A DNA stretch of 32,000 bases from Formosa sp. Hel1_33_131 (GTDB lineage: Bacteria; Bacteroidota; Bacteroidia; Flavobacteriales; Flavobacteriaceae): the NCBI RefSeq assembly GCF_001735745.1, contig NZ_CP017260.1:570001-602000 (forward strand), in the 5' to 3' direction. The position numbers and the translations under genes were made by a program. Of the stretch, positions 20,317 through 29,507 are shown piece by piece. Position 1 is the stretch's first letter. Every line of letters begins with the position of its first letter. The notes beneath the pieces are model-generated. The model saw only the letters and a program-made list of their open reading frames with translations. It had not been told where the DNA came from and did not search any database.

Positions 20317-21201
20317 ATGACCTTACTACTGATGGCCGCTGGAAGCGGAAGCCGCTATGGAAAACTAAAACAATTTGACGATTTAGGCCCTGCGGAAGAA
20401 TTTTTGATGGAATTCAGTATTTTTGATGCCCTCAAAAATAACTTTAACCACATTGTGGTCATTACCAAAGCTGCTAACAAATCGTTTCTGGAATCTCATC
20501 TTTCAGAACGCCTTCCTAGTAATGTAAAACTAGATGTTTTAGTTCAAGAGATTGAGGACATTCCTGAAGCGATTTCCCTCGATACAAAACGCGAAAAACC
20601 CTGGGGCACCGCCCATGCCGTTTGGACCGCTCGAAACGTGATCAAAGGGAGTTTTGTCATTATAAATGCCGATGATTATTATGGGCAAAATGCGTTTGAT
20701 GGTGCAGCGAAATTTATCAAAAATAACGACACGCCTGACAAGTTTGCACTTGTGGCGTACAACCTTAAAAATACACTTTCAAAATTTGGATCCGTTTCAA
20801 GAGGTGTTTGTGAAGTAAACAATCACCAACTGACCTCCATCATAGAACGTACAAAAATTTCAGAAAAAGACGCTCAAATCATTGATGAAGATTCAGGAGT
20901 TGTTTTGGACGCGGACACAGCCGTTTCTATGAATTTCTGGATTTGTAATGCATCGATATTTAAGTATATCGAAACCTATTTTACGAAGTTTTTAGAAAAT
21001 ACTGACAACCACGAAAAAAGTGAAATCTACTTGCCATTTGTCACACAAGAAATGATGGAAAATGGACACATTACCGTGGAAGTGATTGAAGCACAAAGTA
21101 CTTGGTTTGGAGTCACTTATTACGATGACAAAAAAGAAGCGGTCAGAACCTTAGCAGAACTCACAGAACAAGGTGCCTACCCGACGCCCTTGTGGAACTA
21201 A
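20317..21201 (+). CDS. Sugar-phosphate nucleotidyltransferase family protein (substrate not assignable)
   Basis: The N-terminal MTLLLMAAGSGSRYGKLKQF carries the G-x-G-(S/T)-R nucleotide-binding loop of NTP_transferase enzymes. An INADDYYG acidic motif is present. I prefer the ATG at 20317 over the track's TTG at 20293. Confidence 0.7.
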   Translation: MTLLLMAAGSGSRYGKLKQFDDLGPAEEFLMEFSIFDALKNNFNHIVVITKAANKSFLESHLSERLPSNVKLDVLVQEIEDIPEAISLDTKREKPWGTAHAVWTARNVIKGSFVIINADDYYGQNAFDGAAKFIKNNDTPDKFALVAYNLKNTLSKFGSVSRGVCEVNNHQLTSIIERTKISEKDAQIIDEDSGVVLDADTAVSMNFWICNASIFKYIETYFTKFLENTDNHEKSEIYLPFVTQEMMENGHITVEVIEAQSTWFGVTYYDDKKEAVRTLAELTEQGAYPTPLWN

Positions 21202-21206
21202 AACCC

Positions 21207-21599
21207 TTAATTTTCGACCTCTAAACCACTTGATTTCCATTTGGAAAAACCGCGGTCTAAATCATAAATTTTTACAAATCCATTAGCGATTAACCGTGAG
21301 GCGCACTTTGCACTTCGACCCCCGCGCTGACAATAGACAATGACGGGCCTGGTTTTATCGAGCTGCTGGATATTTGCTTCAAAATTTTTATCTAAAAAAT
21401 CAATGTTTAGCGCATTTGGAAGGTGTCCAACTTTGTACTCACCTGGAGTCCGCACATCTACCAATTGAATGCCTTCAATTTTAGAAATTTCTTTCATTTC
21501 TGCAGCCGTAATCAATTCAATTGCCTCGGACTGATTTTTTTTACAATTAAAAAATGTGAGCATGCCTAGCAACGCACATCCAAATTTAAAAAACCGCAT
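21207..21599 (-). CDS. Rhodanese-domain sulfurtransferase, predicted lipoprotein/periplasmic
   Basis: 130 aa. The signal/lipobox-like N-terminus is MRFFKFGCALLGMLTFFNC. The rhodanese active-site loop is YCQRGGRS (CxxGxR[ST]). Its ATG (21597-21599) directly abuts the stop of the upstream rhodanese gene (21600-21602). Confidence 0.8.
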   Translation of the reverse strand: MRFFKFGCALLGMLTFFNCKKNQSEAIELITAAEMKEISKIEGIQLVDVRTPGEYKVGHLPNALNIDFLDKNFEANIQQLDKTRPVIVYCQRGGRSAKCASRLIANGFVKIYDLDRGFSKWKSSGLEVEN

Positions 21600-21917
21600 C
21601 TATTCTGGAATTATTGTGGCGCCATCCCATTCATTGAAACCACCCAAAAGATTGTAGGAAGCTGTAAACCCCAATTGTTTCATAATTGAACACGCCTGTC
21701 CACTTCTTGCGCCTGATCTGCAATAGACATAATAATGATTGGTTTTATCGAGTTTTTCAAGCTCCGAAATAAAGGTCTGCCCTTGATGAATGTCCAAGTG
21801 AATCGCTTTTGGAATCATCCCTTCTTCGACTTCTGTATCTGTACGAACATCTAAAATTATTGATTTTGAATCGGACTCTAATTGTGAAGCCCATTCATTT
21901 TGTGACAAATCTGACAT
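21600..21917 (-). CDS. Single-domain rhodanese sulfurtransferase (GlpE/PspE-like), cytoplasmic
   Basis: 105 aa with no signal peptide. LDVRTDTEVEEGMIP is present, and the active-site loop is YCRSGARS. Confidence 0.8.
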   Translation of the reverse strand: MSDLSQNEWASQLESDSKSIILDVRTDTEVEEGMIPKAIHLDIHQGQTFISELEKLDKTNHYYVYCRSGARSGQACSIMKQLGFTASYNLLGGFNEWDGATIIPE

Positions 21918-21976
21918 AGTATCTCTTTTTAGTAAATTAATTTATAATATTGTTATTTGTATCTCTTACCACAACC

Positions 21977-22582
21977 CTAAAGCTTAATAGAGCAGCCGAT
22001 GGCTTTGGTTTTATGAACCTCAAAAGCCACACCATTTAAGAGGGCATCCACGGCATTTTCAACATATTTGGTTTTCACCAAAGCAGCGTCTTTATAATTA
22101 TCGTCAATCGCACCAATATATTGTACAACAGGCCCAAGATCTGTAGATTCTAAGATATAAATATGCGGCGTTTTAGTAGCGCCATATTGGGGGTAAATAG
22201 ATTGATCAGCATCCATTAAATACGGAAACGTAAATCCTTTTTCTTTCGCGCGTATTTGCATCGCTTTCATCGAATCCCCAGGTTTTGTTTTGACATTGTT
22301 GGGCATAATAGCAATGACTGGATACCCTTTTGCTGCGTATTTTTTATTCAGTGCTTCAATGCGGTCTTCGTAGGCCACTGCATACGGACAGGTATTACAC
22401 GTAAAAACAACGATGAAGCCTTTGGCATCCTTAAAATCAGAAAGAGATACAGATTTTCCGTCAATGTTTTTAAGTTTAAAATCGGTAGCAATAGCACCAA
22501 TGTCATACCCTTTTTCTCTAGAATTCTGAGCAAAAGCAACCGTCGTAAGTAGTACTAGTAAAGTGAAAATAGTTTTTTTCAT
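21977..22582 (-). CDS. Secreted thioredoxin-fold (redoxin/AhpC-TSA-like) protein
   Basis: 201 aa with signal peptide MKKTIFTLLVLLTTVAFAQ. It has a CxxC-type motif, FTCNTCPY, in a thioredoxin-fold context. Confidence 0.7.
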   Translation of the reverse strand: MKKTIFTLLVLLTTVAFAQNSREKGYDIGAIATDFKLKNIDGKSVSLSDFKDAKGFIVVFTCNTCPYAVAYEDRIEALNKKYAAKGYPVIAIMPNNVKTKPGDSMKAMQIRAKEKGFTFPYLMDADQSIYPQYGATKTPHIYILESTDLGPVVQYIGAIDDNYKDAALVKTKYVENAVDALLNGVAFEVHKTKAIGCSIKL

Positions 22583-22594
22583 AACAATTTGATT

Positions 22595-23083
22595 TTATAG
22601 GTTCTTAAAAAAAGTTTTTAGTTCAGATTCTAATTCCTTGTAGGTAAAGGTACGACTATAAAACAAACGCTTGGATGCATTATAAATAAGCGTGACGGGA
22701 ATGGCACCATCCCATTGGGGATCTACTTTTGGAATCCACGAATTCATATCGGGGTCGTCCAAAACAACAACTTTTGATTTTAAGTTGTATTTTTGAATGA
22801 ATGGTTTTAATTTCGTTTCGTATTGATGCGGGAAATCCAAACTCACCAAAATGACTTCTACAGAATCTGAATAGTTTTCTTGTAGTGTTTCAAAATGTGG
22901 CAACTCTTTTACGCAGGGCGCACACCAAGTTGCCCAAAAATTCACCACATAGGTTTTAGACCCTTTGAGTTCCAAATAAGGAGCAATACCCGTAAAATCA
23001 TGAACCTCTAATATAATGGGGTCTTTTTGGTCTGACTTACAGGCCAGATTTAAAAGAATCACTAAGACAAGTAAATATTTCAT
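22595..23083 (-). CDS. TlpA-like thiol:disulfide oxidoreductase lipoprotein
   Basis: 162 aa. The lipoprotein signal is ...LLNLAC. The catalytic motif is FWATWCAPCVKELP (WCxxC). Confidence 0.8.
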   Translation of the reverse strand: MKYLLVLVILLNLACKSDQKDPIILEVHDFTGIAPYLELKGSKTYVVNFWATWCAPCVKELPHFETLQENYSDSVEVILVSLDFPHQYETKLKPFIQKYNLKSKVVVLDDPDMNSWIPKVDPQWDGAIPVTLIYNASKRLFYSRTFTYKELESELKTFFKNL

Positions 23084-23208
23084 TTTACAAAGTTAGCAAA
23101 AACGGTTCAAGGTTCTCGGAAGTTTTAACAAAAAATTACCAGCCATAAAATTATTTTGCAATTAAAAAATTGTGTAATTTGCAGTCCAATTTTAACTTAG
23201 ATAGAGAC

Positions 23209-23775
23209 ATGAAAAATACAATCTTAAAATCAACTGCCCTTTTATTTGTTTTACTCCTTACAGCATTTACTGCCACAGAAACTAAACAAGTCGATACAGA
23301 CCAGAGTATTATCAACTGGGTTGGACACAAAGTAACAGGACAACATGAAGGAACTATTTCGCTTCAAGAAGGTGTTCTTGAATTCAATGAAGATCAATTG
23401 ACAGGTGGGAATTTTGTAATGGACATGACGTCTATCAACACAACCGACCTTGAAGGAGATTACAAAAAGAAACTAGACGGCCATTTAAAAGCCGATGACT
23501 TTTTTGGCGTTAAAAACCATCAAAAAGCAACCTTAGTATTTACATCGGTTACCAAAAACGAAACAAACTACGCTGTTGTTGGAGACCTTACAATCAAAGG
23601 AATCACAAACAAAATCACTTTTGATTTAGCCGTTTCAGATAATACTGCAACAACGACCTTTCAAGTGGACCGTACTAAATTTGGAATCAAATACGGATCT
23701 GCTAGTTTTTTTGATGGATTAAAGGATAAAGCCATCTATAATGAGTTTGATTTAAAGGTTTCTTTAAAATTTTAA
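23209..23775 (+). CDS. YceI-family periplasmic (polyisoprenoid-binding-like) protein
   Basis: Starts MKNTILKSTALLFVLLL (signal peptide). INWVGHKVTGQHEGTI..., ...HLKADDFF... and FGIKYG are typical YceI-like motifs. I prefer the ATG at 23209 over the track's TTG at 23170. Confidence 0.85.
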   Translation: MKNTILKSTALLFVLLLTAFTATETKQVDTDQSIINWVGHKVTGQHEGTISLQEGVLEFNEDQLTGGNFVMDMTSINTTDLEGDYKKKLDGHLKADDFFGVKNHQKATLVFTSVTKNETNYAVVGDLTIKGITNKITFDLAVSDNTATTTFQVDRTKFGIKYGSASFFDGLKDKAIYNEFDLKVSLKF

Positions 23776-23792
23776 AAAACTATTAAATTAAT

Positions 23793-23823
23793 TTTGCAAT
23801 CATAAAAATCGTTGCTACATTTG
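23793..23823 (+). promoter_or_regulatory. Bacteroidetes-type promoter of the trp operon
   Basis: TTTG (23793-23796), then exactly 19 nt, then TACATTTG (23816-23823, matching TAnnTTTG). It lies 18 nt upstream of the leader-peptide ATG. Confidence 0.55.
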
Positions 23824-23841
23824 ATTTTTAATAAATAAATT

Positions 23842-23898
23842 ATGAACCTTACTTTAAATAATACTTGGTGGTGGAACTCTCGAAAACAAAATTCGTGA
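23842..23898 (+). CDS. trp operon leader peptide (18 aa, MNLTLNNTWWWNSRKQNS)
   Basis: ATG AAC CTT ACT TTA AAT AAT ACT TGG TGG TGG AAC TCT CGA AAA CAA AAT TCG TGA. The three consecutive Trp codons are at 23866-23874. The ORF sits between a promoter and a terminator directly upstream of trpE. It is too short to appear in the ORF track. Confidence 0.7.
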   Translation: MNLTLNNTWWWNSRKQNS

Positions 23899-23945
23899 TA
23901 CACCCTTGTATGTTTAAAACAAAATATCTAGGCTTGTCATCACGA
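23893..23945 (+). promoter_or_regulatory. Candidate antiterminator pairing of the trp attenuator
   Basis: TCGTGATACA (23893-23902) overlaps the leader stop codon. It is complementary to TGT(C)ATCACGA (23935-23945), giving 10 bp with one bulged C. That partner covers part of the terminator's left arm, its loop and the first 2 nt of its right arm. Pairing was done by hand and no energy was computed. Confidence 0.5.
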
Positions 23946-23959
23946 CAAGCCTTTTTTTT
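23930..23959 (+). terminator. Intrinsic terminator (attenuator) immediately upstream of trpE
   Basis: AGGCTTGTC-ATCAC-GACAAGCCT is a perfect 9-bp stem with a 5-nt loop (23930-23952). It runs into T8 (23952-23959), and the trpE ATG starts at 23960. Confidence 0.75.
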
Positions 23960-25360
23960 ATGAAAACATTTGAGCTAAAAACACATTACAAAAAAATACT
24001 CGCCGATACCATATCGCCTGTGAGTGTGTACCTGAAAATTCGAGATAAGTTTCCGAATAGCATTCTTCTGGAAAGTAGCGACTACCACGGCAATGATAAC
24101 AGCTTCTCTTACATCTGTTGCAACCCGATTGCATCCATTAAGGTAGAAGACTCGCTAGTGACTAAAACCTATCCCGATCATAGCAGTGAAACAACAACGG
24201 TCCCTGCCGATAAAGTGACCATGGAAATCGATGCATTCACAAAACAATTTGAAACTCAAAAAGACACCTCTTTTAAGTTTATAAATAATGGGATGTTTGG
24301 GTTTACAGCTTACGATGCTGTAAAATATTTTGAAGATATCACCATCTCAAAAAAGGACGATTCTATTGAAATTCCGGAGATGTATTACGCCGTGTATCAA
24401 AATATCATAGCGATTAATCATTTTAAAAATGAAGCCTATATTTTTGCGCACTGCTACGAGTCTGAAAGCAATATCGATGCCATTCACCATCTGATTAACG
24501 TGCAAAGTTTTTCGTCCTATGATTTTGAATCAAAAGGAAACATCAGTTCCAACCTGACCGACGAGGAGTTTAAGTCCAATGTCGATTTAGCCAAAAAACA
24601 CTGTGCCCGCGGCGATGTATTCCAACTCGTATTGTCGAAAAAATTCCAACAAGATTTTAAAGGCGATGACTTTAATGTCTATAGAGCATTGCGAAGCATC
24701 AACCCCTCGCCCTATCTCTTTTATTTTGATTATGGAAAATTTAAAATCTTTGGAAGTTCTCCTGAAGCACAACTGGTCGTAAAAGATCAAAACGCCGAAA
24801 TTCATCCCATTGCAGGGACGTTTGCACGGACTGGCGATGATTTAAAAGATGCCGAATTGGCCAAAAAACTCGTCGCCGATAAAAAAGAAAACAGCGAACA
24901 CGTCATGTTAGTCGATCTGGCACGAAACGATTTAAGTCGTCATTGTACCGAAGTGGAAGTTAAAAAATACAGAGAAGTACAGTTCTTTTCTCACGTCATT
25001 CATTTGGTAAGTAAGGTCATGGGTAAAGTGCGAAAAAATACGCCAACAATGCAAATTGTAGCCGACACCTTTCCGGCAGGCACTTTGAGTGGTGCGCCCA
25101 AATACAAAGCAATGGAGCTTATTGAAGCCTACGAAAAAACAAGCCGTGCGTTTTATGGCGGTGCCATTGGGTTTATGGATTTTGATGGAAACTATAACCA
25201 TGCCATCATGATTCGAACGTTTTTAAGTAAAAACTACCAACTCCATTGGCAGGCCGGTGCTGGAATTGTTTCCAAATCGAGTCCCGAAAACGAACTTCAA
25301 GAAGTATATAACAAATTAGGCGCCTTAACCAAAGCGATTAAACTCGCCGAAACCATTTAG
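23960..25360 (+). CDS. trpE: Anthranilate synthase component I
   Basis: 466 aa. Chorismate-binding motifs include LESSD (ILLESSDYH), VFQLVLSKKF, NPSPYLFYF, HPIAGT, GTLSGAPK and YGGAIGF. Confidence 0.95.
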   Translation: MKTFELKTHYKKILADTISPVSVYLKIRDKFPNSILLESSDYHGNDNSFSYICCNPIASIKVEDSLVTKTYPDHSSETTTVPADKVTMEIDAFTKQFETQKDTSFKFINNGMFGFTAYDAVKYFEDITISKKDDSIEIPEMYYAVYQNIIAINHFKNEAYIFAHCYESESNIDAIHHLINVQSFSSYDFESKGNISSNLTDEEFKSNVDLAKKHCARGDVFQLVLSKKFQQDFKGDDFNVYRALRSINPSPYLFYFDYGKFKIFGSSPEAQLVVKDQNAEIHPIAGTFARTGDDLKDAELAKKLVADKKENSEHVMLVDLARNDLSRHCTEVEVKKYREVQFFSHVIHLVSKVMGKVRKNTPTMQIVADTFPAGTLSGAPKYKAMELIEAYEKTSRAFYGGAIGFMDFDGNYNHAIMIRTFLSKNYQLHWQAGAGIVSKSSPENELQEVYNKLGALTKAIKLAETI

Positions 25361-25363
25361 AGA

Positions 25364-25930
25364 ATGAAAAAAATATTAGTCATAGATAATTACGACAGTT
25401 TTACGTTTAATTTAGTCCATTACCTCGAAGACCTCGACTGTGAAGTGACGGTACTTCGGAATGACAAATTCGATTTGGAAGACATCCAACACTTCGATAA
25501 AATTGTGCTGTCGCCGGGTCCAGGGATTCCAGAAGAAGCCGGACTTCTAAAAGCGGTCATTAAGCGCTATGCTCCCAGTAAAAGTATTTTGGGCGTGTGC
25601 TTGGGTCAACAAGCCATTGGTGAAGTTTTTGGCGGGCACATTGTAAATTTAGAAGAAGTCTATCACGGGGTACATACCGACATTACTGTTTGTGTGGAGG
25701 ACGAGCCTTTATTCAATAATATGGACAAAACGATTCAAGTTGGACGCTACCATTCGTGGGTGGTGGACGCGAATTTACCCGCAGTTTTAGAAGCCACTTC
25801 GGTAGATAAAAATGGACAAATCATGTCTTTAAGACATAGAGCTTATGATGTGAAAGGCGTTCAATTTCATCCCGAATCGGTACTCACACCCACCGGAAAA
25901 CAAATTTTAGAAAACTGGATTAATTCATAA
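25364..25930 (+). CDS. trpG: Anthranilate synthase component II (glutamine amidotransferase)
   Basis: 188 aa. IDNYDSFTFNL is present. The catalytic Cys lies in GVCLGQQAIG, and there is a HPES histidine motif. It starts 3 nt after the trpE stop. Confidence 0.95.
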   Translation: MKKILVIDNYDSFTFNLVHYLEDLDCEVTVLRNDKFDLEDIQHFDKIVLSPGPGIPEEAGLLKAVIKRYAPSKSILGVCLGQQAIGEVFGGHIVNLEEVYHGVHTDITVCVEDEPLFNNMDKTIQVGRYHSWVVDANLPAVLEATSVDKNGQIMSLRHRAYDVKGVQFHPESVLTPTGKQILENWINS

Positions 25931-25939
25931 CAGACACCA

Positions 25940-26926
25940 ATGAAACACGTTTTAAACAGACTCATTAACCACGAAACGATTTCTGCTGAGGAAGCAAAGC
26001 AGATTTTGATCAACATCTCCAAAGGCGATTACAATCAAAGTCAAATTGCGGCCTTTCTCACCATTTACATGATGCGAACGGTCACCCTCGAAGAATTGAA
26101 AGGATTTAGAGATGCCCTCTTAGAATTGTGTATTCCTGTGGATTTATCGGCTTACAACCCCATCGATTTGTGTGGTACTGGCGGTGATGGAAAAGACACT
26201 TTTAACATCTCAACGCTCTCCTCATTTGTGACCGCAGCGGCTGGCGTACCCGTCGCAAAACACGGAAATTACGGGGTCTCTTCGGCTTGTGGATCTTCCA
26301 ATGTTTTAGAATCCTTAGGCGTTACATTTTCAAACGATCCCGACTTTTTAGAACACGCCATTGCCACAACAGGGATTTGTGTATTACACGCACCCTTGTT
26401 TCACCCGGCTATGAAAAACGTCGCACCCATCCGACGCGAATTGGGAGTCAAAACATTTTTCAATATGTTAGGCCCTATGGTGAATCCTTCATTTCCAAAA
26501 AATCAAATGGTAGGCGTCTTTAGCTTGGAATTACTGCGCTTATACAATTATCTCTATCAGGATTCTGACAAAAATTACAGCATTGTTCATGACCTTGGTG
26601 GCTATGATGAAATCTCCTTAACAAATTCAGTGAAAATTGTATCCAATCATTCGGAGGTGCTTTTTTCGGCAGAAGATTTAGGGTTAAAAAACAATACTCA
26701 AGAAGCCATTTTTGGTGGAAATACAGTGGCTGAGGCCTCAAAAATATTTAAAACCATCATTAGTGGAAACGGCAGCGAAGCACAAAATAACGTGGTGTGT
26801 ACCAATGCCGGTCTTGCGATCGCAACCGCTAAAAAAATTAACCATAAAGACGGTTATGAATTGGCCAAAGAAGCCCTTTATTCAGGAAAAGCAAATGAAT
26901 GTCTCACAAAATTAATCGCCCTCTAA
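25940..26926 (+). CDS. trpD: Anthranilate phosphoribosyltransferase
   Basis: 328 aa with DLCGTGGDGKDTFNIST, KHGN and NMLGPMVNP motifs. Confidence 0.95.
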   Translation: MKHVLNRLINHETISAEEAKQILINISKGDYNQSQIAAFLTIYMMRTVTLEELKGFRDALLELCIPVDLSAYNPIDLCGTGGDGKDTFNISTLSSFVTAAAGVPVAKHGNYGVSSACGSSNVLESLGVTFSNDPDFLEHAIATTGICVLHAPLFHPAMKNVAPIRRELGVKTFFNMLGPMVNPSFPKNQMVGVFSLELLRLYNYLYQDSDKNYSIVHDLGGYDEISLTNSVKIVSNHSEVLFSAEDLGLKNNTQEAIFGGNTVAEASKIFKTIISGNGSEAQNNVVCTNAGLAIATAKKINHKDGYELAKEALYSGKANECLTKLIAL

Positions 26927-27714
26927 TGAGCAGTATTTTAGATCGTATTGTCGCAGATAAACGCACCGAGGTTAGCCTTCGGAAACAACTGATTCCGTTG
27001 AAACAACTGGAACAATCGGTGTTGTTTGAACGCCACTGCCCGTCGCTTAGTACACGATTGTCAGAAAGTACTTCAGGCTTGATTACAGAACACAAACGCC
27101 GTTCGCCCTCAAAGGACTGCATCAATCAGAATTTGAACGTGCAAGACGTCGCAAAAGGCTATGAATTTGCAGGGGCTTGCGGGATGTCGGTACTCACAGA
27201 TATGAAATATTTTGGTGGTAGTTTAGAAGACCTGTTAACCGCCAGAGCCAGTTGTGAGATGCCCTTGCTTCGGAAAGAATTTATTATTGATACTTATCAA
27301 ATTGTAGAAGCAAAAGCCTACGGCGCCGATGTGATTTTACTCATTGCTGCCATTCTGAGTCGCGAAGAGATTCAAACCTTTTCAACTCTCGCCCAAAGTT
27401 TGGGGATGGAGGTCTTATTGGAAATTCACAACGAAGAAGAATTGCACAAATCGCTGATGCCTTCTCTGAATATGATAGGCGTGAACAACCGCAATCTTAA
27501 AACGTTTGAGGTCAGTTTAGAAACCAGTAAAACACTGAGTACACTCATCCCTGATGAATTTGTAAAGATTTCAGAAAGCGGGATTCGCACGGTGAAAGAC
27601 ATTCAGAGTTTACAGCCTTATGGGTATAAAGGGTTTTTGATTGGAGAGAATTTTATGAAAACAGACAATCCGGGGGCCAGTGCAGCGGATTTCATTAAAA
27701 AATTGAACGCATGA
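26926..27714 (+). CDS. trpC: Indole-3-glycerol-phosphate synthase
   Basis: MSSILDRIVADKR..., EHKRRSPSKD (KRxSPSKG-type), LRKEFIID and GVNNRNLKTFEV motifs. I prefer the ATG at 26926, which overlaps the trpD stop as TAATG. The track's in-frame ATG at 26899 remains an alternative. Confidence 0.9.
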   Translation: MSSILDRIVADKRTEVSLRKQLIPLKQLEQSVLFERHCPSLSTRLSESTSGLITEHKRRSPSKDCINQNLNVQDVAKGYEFAGACGMSVLTDMKYFGGSLEDLLTARASCEMPLLRKEFIIDTYQIVEAKAYGADVILLIAAILSREEIQTFSTLAQSLGMEVLLEIHNEEELHKSLMPSLNMIGVNNRNLKTFEVSLETSKTLSTLIPDEFVKISESGIRTVKDIQSLQPYGYKGFLIGENFMKTDNPGASAADFIKKLNA

Positions 27715-28325
27715 AACTAAAAGTATGTGGCATGCGCTATGAGGACAATATTCGGGAGATCTCAGCGATTGGACTCGATTATATGGGTTTTATCTTTTTT
27801 GAAGGCTCGTCACGTCATGTCACGGATTCAATTCCGACTCTCTCTTCTTCCATTAAAAAAGTAGGTGTTTTTGTCAATGCGTCTCACGATACGATTGTCG
27901 GAAAAATCAATCTCTACGACTTACAAGCGGTGCAATTGCATGGCGAAGAATCGCCTGAATTTTGTAAATCCTTGAGTGGTTTCAACATAGAAATCATCAA
28001 AGTGTTTTCCATTAAAAATGAGTTTGATTTTGAAACCCTCACCCCTTACGAAACGGTCTGTGACTTTTTTCTTTTTGACACCAAAGGGGCTTTGGCTGGC
28101 GGCAATGGGTACTGCTTTGACTGGTCGGTATTAGAAACCTATCCCTCCACAAAACCTTATTTTTTAAGTGGTGGTATTGGATTGGAAAGCTTGGACCAAC
28201 TTAAAGAATTTAAAAAGAGTACGGCAGCAACCTACTGCCACGCGGTGGATGTGAATAGCAAGTTTGAAGTTGCACCCGCCAAAAAAAATAAAGAATTATT
28301 AGAAAAATTTAAAGATTTATTATGA
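27711..28325 (+). CDS. trpF: Phosphoribosylanthranilate isomerase
   Basis: 204 aa with [20 protein letters not shown] and LSGGI motifs. It has an ATGA overlap with trpC. Confidence 0.9.
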   Translation: MKLKVCGMRYEDNIREISAIGLDYMGFIFFEGSSRHVTDSIPTLSSSIKKVGVFVNASHDTIVGKINLYDLQAVQLHGEESPEFCKSLSGFNIEIIKVFSIKNEFDFETLTPYETVCDFFLFDTKGALAGGNGYCFDWSVLETYPSTKPYFLSGGIGLESLDQLKEFKKSTAATYCHAVDVNSKFEVAPAKKNKELLEKFKDLL

Positions 28326-29503
28326 GTTATCACGTGAATGAAAAAGGCTATTATGGTCAATTTGGAGGCGCATTTATTCCAGAAATGCTGTATCCGAATG
28401 TTGAAGAATTACGTCAAAATTATTTAAAGGTAATGGCGGAACCTGATTTCAAAGAAGAGTTCGATCAATTGTTGAAAGATTATGTCGGTCGCCCAACTCC
28501 TTTGTATTTCGCAAAACGATTGTCTGCAAAATACAATACCAAAATATACCTGAAACGCGAAGATTTATGCCACACAGGTGCGCATAAAATCAACAATACG
28601 ATTGGTCAAATATTGATGGCAAAGCGACTCAAAAAAACACGCATCATCGCCGAAACAGGTGCTGGGCAACACGGGGTAGCTACGGCGACTGTTTGTGCCT
28701 TAGCCGGTTTGGAATGCATTGTGTATATGGGAGAAATTGACATTGCACGACAAGCGCCCAATGTAGCACGTATGAAAATGCTCGGCGCGGAAGTGCGTCC
28801 TGCATTGTCTGGAAGTCGTACTCTAAAAGATGCCACCAATGAAGCGATTCGCGATTGGATTAATAATCCTGTGGATACGCATTATATTATTGGAAGTGCT
28901 GTGGGACCACACCCCTATCCAGATATGGTGGCGCGTTTTCAATCGGTGGTGTCTGAAGAAACCAAATGGCAATTAAAAGAAGTAGAAGGCCGTGAAAACC
29001 CCGATTATGTAGTGGCTTGTGTGGGTGGTGGCAGCAATGCAGCCGGTGCCTATTACCATTATTTGAATGAACCCGACGTGAAACTGATTGCAGTGGAAGC
29101 GGCAGGAAAAGGAATTTATACAGGCGAGAGTGCCGCGACTTCGGTGCTTGGAAAAGAAGGCGTGATTCATGGGAGTAAAACCTTATTGATGCAAACCCCT
29201 GACGGACAAATTACGGAGCCTTACTCCATTTCGGCAGGCTTGGATTATCCGGGCGTTGGCCCCATGCATGCGCATTTGTATGAAACCAAACGTGCCGAAT
29301 TTATTTCGGTGACGGATGATGAAGCCATGACGGCAGGACTTGAATTGTCGCAACTGGAAGGCATTATTCCAGCGATTGAAACTTCCCATGCCTTGGCTAT
29401 TTTTGAAGATAAAAAATTCAATCCTGAAGATGTGGTGGTGATTAGTTTATCAGGACGTGGCGACAAAGATTTGAATACCTATATTGATTATTTTAAACTC
29501 TAA
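28322..29503 (+). CDS. trpB: Tryptophan synthase beta chain
   Basis: 393 aa with YVGRPTPLY, the PLP-lysine motif [19 protein letters not shown] and GGGSNA. It has an ATGA overlap with trpF. Confidence 0.97.
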   Translation: MSYHVNEKGYYGQFGGAFIPEMLYPNVEELRQNYLKVMAEPDFKEEFDQLLKDYVGRPTPLYFAKRLSAKYNTKIYLKREDLCHTGAHKINNTIGQILMAKRLKKTRIIAETGAGQHGVATATVCALAGLECIVYMGEIDIARQAPNVARMKMLGAEVRPALSGSRTLKDATNEAIRDWINNPVDTHYIIGSAVGPHPYPDMVARFQSVVSEETKWQLKEVEGRENPDYVVACVGGGSNAAGAYYHYLNEPDVKLIAVEAAGKGIYTGESAATSVLGKEGVIHGSKTLLMQTPDGQITEPYSISAGLDYPGVGPMHAHLYETKRAEFISVTDDEAMTAGLELSQLEGIIPAIETSHALAIFEDKKFNPEDVVVISLSGRGDKDLNTYIDYFKL

Positions 29504-29507
29504 GATT

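Noticed and set aside
21199-21209. Convergent nucleotidyltransferase and rhodanese genes with stop codons only 5 nt apart and no room for terminators.
   Set aside because: Tight convergent packing is common in compact bacterial genomes. I found no structure or motif here that suggests anything beyond transcription terminating inside the opposing gene.
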